From the IMG/VR virus record IMGVR_UViG_3300028832_000096: a stretch of 64,000 nucleotides of DNA; one strand, given 5' to 3'. The stretch is from a virus. Taxonomy: Duplodnaviria > Caudoviricetes. The number at the start of each line of letters is the position of its first letter. Positions within the stretch are counted from its first letter, which is position 1. The notes beneath the pieces were generated by a model that worked only from the letters and a program-made list of their open reading frames with translations, was not told the origin of the DNA and searched no databases. Of this stretch, positions 59,609-64,000 are shown one piece after another. A program made the position numbers and the translations under genes.

Positions 59609-59802
59609 TTCGTACCTCCTCTTATGTTTGTTTTGTTATCTGCATAATATGGTAATTCTTGTAATTGCTGTGTTTGATTATCGTACACCAAAGTGTAACT
59701 GTGAGAGTTTCTTCCACAATTATTACAATGCCAATGTTGACCGCTTGTATCAAAATATTCATTAACTATTGGTGAGTCACAACGAGGACACCTAAATATC
59801 AT
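59605..59802 (-). CDS. Zn-ribbon small protein
   Basis: CPRC...CNNC. Confidence 0.6.
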   Translation of the reverse strand: MIFRCPRCDSPIVNEYFDTSGQHWHCNNCGRNSHSYTLVYDNQTQQLQELPYYADNKTNIRGGTK

Positions 59803-59967
59803 TTCGTATCACCTCTCATATCTGTTCTTTTGAAAATTCCATTGGAGGATACTTATCGCAATCGTGAAAATAAGCAAAACTATCATAGGTTTTTGTCGAA
59901 TGTGTAGCGTGCCTTTCACAATCAGTATTAGGACATTTACTATATGCGCAGAATGTTATATCTTCAC

Positions 59968-60165
59968 TCATTTATTATCACCTTGCTCAAACCACTTTGA
60001 AAGACTTTTCCTACACTCATTACATAAATCGAGTTTTACATCACCATAAGGGTGCATATCTTTCCAAAGAACAAATCGCCACCAATTCTCTTTATAATCA
60101 GAGTCATCGAGGAAAGTAATTTCATATAACTTCCCACACCTATCGCATTGTTTAGCACTTCCCAT
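59968..60165 (-). CDS. Zn-finger small protein
   Basis: Start at MGSAKQCDRC; DLCNEC. Confidence 0.6.
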   Translation of the reverse strand: MGSAKQCDRCGKLYEITFLDDSDYKENWWRFVLWKDMHPYGDVKLDLCNECRKSLSKWFEQGDNK

Positions 60166-60562
60166 TTTCATCACCTCGCATATCCGCCCCGCAGTTCGGG
60201 CAGTAATTCCGCTTATCATGAATACTTTTCAAACTAAACCCACACTTGTTACAACCCCATACCATACGAGGGGTTTCTTCATCATCAAATAGTTCTTCTC
60301 TCTGAACCCACTCGCCTTTCGGCCTTTCTACGCCTAGCATTCGAGCAGTATCAAACAACTTCTTGCTTGACTGATATAATTCTTCTCTCTTTCGTTCAAT
60401 TTCTTCATCAACGGCTACTGTCGGTGCATTGTCGATTATTGCTAATATAGTTCCGCAACAATTCCATTTTGCAATATCAATATCACAATTTTTATTCCAT
60501 TGTATCTGATACTGTTCTATTTCCTTTTTCAAAGCGCTACGGCTGATTAAATCGTTGTTCAT
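60152..60562 (-). CDS. Mosaic small protein (DLISR/IDNAPTV plus Zn ribbon)
   Basis: MNNDLISR...RPKGEW...CPNCGADMRG. Confidence 0.7.
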   Translation of the reverse strand: MNNDLISRSALKKEIEQYQIQWNKNCDIDIAKWNCCGTILAIIDNAPTVAVDEEIERKREELYQSSKKLFDTARMLGVERPKGEWVQREELFDDEETPRMVWGCNKCGFSLKSIHDKRNYCPNCGADMRGDENGKC

Positions 60563-60957
60563 TCCGCACCGCCTTTCCAGTCTGAATAATCATCTAAATA
60601 ACGGGTTACAATCTCCTTGAACTCATAATTCGATAGGTGTTTGGAACAATGTCTTTTCTCAAACAACTCTTTTGTTTCTGTTACATAAACCTCAAAAATA
60701 CCGTTTTCTTCATAATATATAAAGTACAAAGGTAAATTCTTCTCTATGGCTGTAGCTCTACATTCAGTGATGAATGGTTTTTCCATTTCATTAGCTGCCG
60801 GGGCAGTATCGATAATATCTAATACTTCTTCCGTAGGAATAGTTTTTCTGCCCTTGCTATACGGGTGATAGTATTTCTCTCTGACAAAAAACTGTTCTAT
60901 CGCCTCTTTCATATACTTACGGCTGATTAAATCGTTGTTCATTCCGCACCGCCTTTC
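60538..60957. repeat. 40-bp exact direct repeat flanking one gene
   Basis: TACGGCTGATTAAATCGTTGTTCATTCCGCACCGCCTTTC at 60538-60577 and 60918-60957. Confidence 0.85.
60559..60942 (-). CDS. Mosaic small protein, paralogue of 54414-54821
   Basis: Shared C-terminal ~70 aa. Confidence 0.7.
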   Translation of the reverse strand: MNNDLISRKYMKEAIEQFFVREKYYHPYSKGRKTIPTEEVLDIIDTAPAANEMEKPFITECRATAIEKNLPLYFIYYEENGIFEVYVTETKELFEKRHCSKHLSNYEFKEIVTRYLDDYSDWKGGAE

Positions 60958-60962
60958 TGCTC

Positions 60963-61148
60963 TTATGCGATATGAAAATTAAAGTGTTCTACTATTTTCT
61001 CAACACATTCATTACATATATCAAGAGTCCCACGATATTTTCTGCTACTTTTCAATTCAACAGTTACAAATTGTGAATATCCATCTTCGTCATAACAGTC
61101 CCTAATGTTTATTTCCTTTTTACAAATATCACAAGTAATTTTTCTCAT
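60963..61148 (-). CDS. Zn-finger small protein
   Basis: CDIC...DICNEC. Confidence 0.6.
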   Translation of the reverse strand: MRKITCDICKKEINIRDCYDEDGYSQFVTVELKSSRKYRGTLDICNECVEKIVEHFNFHIA

Positions 61149-61489
61149 TATCCCACACCACCTTTCATCATCTTTGCACCGCAGTTAGGGCAATAATCAC
61201 TTAAATGTTCATAGTATTCGTAATCGTATTCATTATAATCAGCTTCGTGATGACACAAAGAACAATGATGTTCACCATAATTATTGCTTATCCACTCACC
61301 TTGCGGTCTTGAATAATTGGCTTTTCCATCAATTATTGCTTGTCTATAACCTTCTTTGAAATCAGGTAAAGGTACTGTCGGGGCGTTGTCGATAGCATTT
61401 AGAATTGCATTATCAAGTTCTGTGCCACTATAAACTAATATCAGTTGCGATATATGCTCTTTCAAATCGTCTAAATCACCTAACCTCAT
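61148..61489 (-). CDS. Mosaic small protein (IDNAPTV plus Zn ribbon)
   Basis: RPQGEWI...CPNCGAKM. Confidence 0.7.
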   Translation of the reverse strand: MRLGDLDDLKEHISQLILVYSGTELDNAILNAIDNAPTVPLPDFKEGYRQAIIDGKANYSRPQGEWISNNYGEHHCSLCHHEADYNEYDYEYYEHLSDYCPNCGAKMMKGGVG

Positions 61490-61638
61490 TCTGTTTTACC
61501 TCTACTCTATCCTTTAATGCTTGCATAGCGATTTCCAAGGCCTCAATATAGTGCTTATCAAAATCGAGCCGTTTCATAAGTGTTTTAACAGGACTTAAAT
61601 ATCGGAGTGCTTGCTTATCTGTCATTCCTTATCACCTC

Positions 61639-62139
61639 TCATACGTCCATTTTCGCTCCGCAGTTAGGACAAAAATTAAAATGAGTTGCACCGTTCCAAA
61701 AACCACAAATAGTACACTTAAACATGTCGATTGTGATGCTGTGTTCTTCGTCTTTTATCCACTTGCCTTGTGGTCTTGACGTAGCTATTCCATCTGACAG
61801 CCCATTAAAATAAGCGGTTCTATAAGGGAAATATTCACTTCCACTTATATCAACTGTCGGGGCATTGTCGATAACAAGCCCTAACATTTGCATACTAATT
61901 GAATAGTCAATTTGATGTTCTATACAAAACTCTTTTGTATATTGAACACTATCAATTTGTTCTTTCAAGGCTGCACGGTTGATAAGGTCGCTTGTAGTTT
62001 TTTCATAAGGCTTGCCGTTGCGTATTGCATTAATTACATTACTTTGTATTGTTTTGGTGTTACCTCTAAAACCGCCAACAAACGTCAAGTCTTTTATAAA
62101 CTCCAAGTCTTTTTCAGGAATATCAATTACAAGTTTCAT
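61639..62139 (-). CDS. Mosaic small protein (MKLVIDI, DLINR, Zn ribbon)
   Basis: Three shared modules. Confidence 0.7.
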   Translation of the reverse strand: MKLVIDIPEKDLEFIKDLTFVGGFRGNTKTIQSNVINAIRNGKPYEKTTSDLINRAALKEQIDSVQYTKEFCIEHQIDYSISMQMLGLVIDNAPTVDISGSEYFPYRTAYFNGLSDGIATSRPQGKWIKDEEHSITIDMFKCTICGFWNGATHFNFCPNCGAKMDV

Positions 62140-62157
62140 TCCATATCACTCCTTATA

Positions 62158-62367
62158 TCAATCTGCCTCGGCCCTTGTATTGTAATTAGTGCCTATAAGC
62201 ACTTCAGGATTAGCGTCTTTATAAGTAAAAAGTTCAACGGAATCTCTTGTTGCATAATACCCACTAACATACATATCAGTATTATGTAGTATTACCTTTG
62301 CATTCTGAGGCATATCCTGAAGTATCTCAATTAAATCGGCTACAGACAGCCATTGGTTCTTTTTCAT
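62158..62367 (-). CDS. Hypothetical protein
   Basis: AAGGAG RBS. Confidence 0.6.
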   Translation of the reverse strand: MKKNQWLSVADLIEILQDMPQNAKVILHNTDMYVSGYYATRDSVELFTYKDANPEVLIGTNYNTRAEAD

Positions 62368-62576
62368 AAAGCCATCTCCTTTATTAAGGCATAATCCATC
62401 TGTATCGGTTTATTACATATCGGACATAGCCGGTTGTTATACCAATCGGCACAGCCTTCAGTCGGCTCAGAACAAGGTATTCGAGTTAAGGGGTTAAATC
62501 CTAATCGGCAGGAAGTAAATGCCCAATGTGAATTACATGTGCCGGGTCGGTATATCCACTTACAATAATCTGACAT
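62364..62576 (-). CDS. Small Cys-rich protein
   Basis: CPICNKPI. Confidence 0.6.
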   Translation of the reverse strand: MSDYCKWIYRPGTCNSHWAFTSCRLGFNPLTRIPCSEPTEGCADWYNNRLCPICNKPIQMDYALIKEMAL

Positions 62577-62578
62577 AA

Positions 62579-62890
62579 TTAGTGCTCCTTATCAGCTGCA
62601 AGTACAACAGGTATCTCATCTCTGATATTCTCATATAATTTATAACGAATCCAACATCCGCTATCCCACTTCTGAAAATTAGTATCAGTTTCAAAGGCTG
62701 CGTGATACATCTTGCTATCTAATAAATCTCCATCTACCAGCTTACCATGTCCTTTTGGAAGAACAGTACCAGATTCTACTGCCTTGCGGAAAAATAAATC
62801 TTCAGAATTAGCATAATCTCCAGCATCATTTGATGCATGGGACATAATCCAGTTATATCTACCTTCCTCTATATCAATTACTATTTTCAT
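62579..62890 (-). CDS. MKIVID-family small protein
   Basis: LPKGHGKLVD motif shared with 62896-63198. Confidence 0.65.
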   Translation of the reverse strand: MKIVIDIEEGRYNWIMSHASNDAGDYANSEDLFFRKAVESGTVLPKGHGKLVDGDLLDSKMYHAAFETDTNFQKWDSGCWIRYKLYENIRDEIPVVLAADKEH

Positions 62891-62895
62891 AATTA

Positions 62896-63198
62896 TTACT
62901 CCTTATCTGCTGGGATTATTACAGGTGCGGCATCTACACGAAATCTGCTTATAACTCCAAAATCACAATTTTGACAGGTAAAATCATACTCTGGCGGACA
63001 ATCTTTAACATTATTAGGGCATCTATAGTATGCTAATTTACTGCGGTCAATTAAATCTCCGTGGCCTTTAGGTATAATTGTCGCAGTTTGAAATGCTTCT
63101 GTTATGACTTGGTCTAACTTATCATGTTGAATAGCATACAAACCACCATGATATATAGCGTTGAAATCATCTGCTGGAAGTTCAATTACTATCTTCAT
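62896..63198 (-). CDS. MKIVIE-family small protein
   Basis: IPKGHGDLIDR...APVIIPADKE. Confidence 0.65.
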   Translation of the reverse strand: MKIVIELPADDFNAIYHGGLYAIQHDKLDQVITEAFQTATIIPKGHGDLIDRSKLAYYRCPNNVKDCPPEYDFTCQNCDFGVISRFRVDAAPVIIPADKE

Positions 63199-63212
63199 TC
63201 TTATATTACCTC

Positions 63213-63470
63213 TTATAATATTAGTGCTATTCTACAACGAATGTTGTCTATTTTAAGTAATTCAGGTGTATTGCAAGGTATTCCAACCCATAATCTGCGA
63301 GCTTGTTTATAACAGCCTATTGCGAATTTTCCGGCTATATCTTTATCACCTTCAGATATTGTAACTTGGCACCAAGGAACAGTGAAAACTCCTGCGGGTG
63401 CTCGAGACCTTCTTATAGGGACATAATATCCTTTAGCATTCTTAATTACTTCAAGCCAATTATCGCCCAT
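63213..63470 (-). CDS. Hypothetical protein
   Basis: GAGGT RBS. Confidence 0.55.
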   Translation of the reverse strand: MGDNWLEVIKNAKGYYVPIRRSRAPAGVFTVPWCQVTISEGDKDIAGKFAIGCYKQARRLWVGIPCNTPELLKIDNIRCRIALIL

Positions 63471-63672
63471 TTTTAGCTACCTCAATCTCACCCATAAGAA
63501 TTAGAGATTTTATGCCGTGACCATATTTTCTATATTTTTCTATTTCGTCTTCACGAATTAAGAAAGTACCTTTGCCAACATCTAAATAAGTATCTGTTTC
63601 TTCACACCAAACTGTATCGTGCATGCAATTTGTGTATTGCACGAATTCTATCGCATATACTTTCATCCTCAT
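63460..63672 (-). CDS. Hypothetical protein
   Basis: Start at MRMKVY, AGGAG RBS. Confidence 0.55.
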   Translation of the reverse strand: MRMKVYAIEFVQYTNCMHDTVWCEETDTYLDVGKGTFLIREDEIEKYRKYGHGIKSLILMGEIEVAKNGR

Positions 63673-63965
63673 TTGGAATCTCCTTTCATGTAAGCGCCGC
63701 ACTGGTCGCAATAATGACGACTAAACCAATAGTTCTTTTGCGGAATTGTTGATGAAAACAGATAAGTTTCGCAATGACAATTAGAACATTCGCAACCAAA
63801 ATGGTCAGGATACTTATTTTCTATCCAATGACCTTGATGTTTTTCTAGTGTTGCTATTGCAAGGTCTATGGCTATTTTACGCTGTTCATCAAACCATTCA
63901 TCACCGCCACTGATATATTTCTCTTTTATCGCTTGTAGCCACTTTGCTGCTTCTGAGTTAGTCAT
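63669..63965 (-). CDS. MTNxEA-family protein with Zn ribbon
   Basis: AIDLAIATL, CSNC...CDQCGAYM. Confidence 0.65.
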   Translation of the reverse strand: MTNSEAAKWLQAIKEKYISGGDEWFDEQRKIAIDLAIATLEKHQGHWIENKYPDHFGCECSNCHCETYLFSSTIPQKNYWFSRHYCDQCGAYMKGDSK

Positions 63966-64000
63966 GATACAGGCCTCCTAATGAAATGACCGCATTCTGT

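Noticed and set aside
52996-61165. Junction repeats as a CRISPR array or attC sites
   Set aside because: Irregular spacing, protein-coding spacers, non-palindromic repeats, no cas or integrase gene
1782-63312. Numerous short plus-strand and nested minus-strand ORFs in the track
   Set aside because: Overlap better-supported minus-strand genes and lack recognisable motifs
1-64000. Stop-codon reassignment
   Set aside because: Known enzymes are full length in the standard code and the only tRNA is a normal Gln(UUG)

Overview
Segment of a large, AT-rich dsDNA phage genome, probably a jumbo-type phage of a Firmicutes/Clostridia host (AAGGAGG-type RBSs, Firmicutes-like que genes, SleB hydrolase). 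Essentially all real genes lie on the minus strand. Layout: (i) 1-5.9 kb and 13.5-31 kb, virion/tail-fibre/receptor-binding genes with many shared modules; (ii) 6.2-12.9 kb, a 7-deazaguanine (preQ0/preQ1) pathway (queT/yhhQ, queF, queC, queD, queE, a phosphoribosyltransferase, folE) plus an amidase, apparently controlled by two preQ1-I-like riboswitches, one translational and one transcriptional; (iii) 31-49 kb, DNA metabolism (NAD ligase, SbcC/Rad50-like ATPase, UvrD, SNF2, HD protein, DUF932); (iv) two paralogous GT-A/Stealth fusion genes, each followed by a copy of an unrecognised covarying pseudoknotted ncRNA, plus a GT2, an SDR and tRNA-Gln(UUG); (v) 52.6-64 kb, a mosaic array of small genes joined by conserved RBS/stop-start junction repeats. 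Two intergenic promoter-like motifs (minus strand AATCGTTAT and AACCTT, 11 copies each) partition metabolic from virion genes. All calls come from reading the sequence and recalling motifs; no searches were run.
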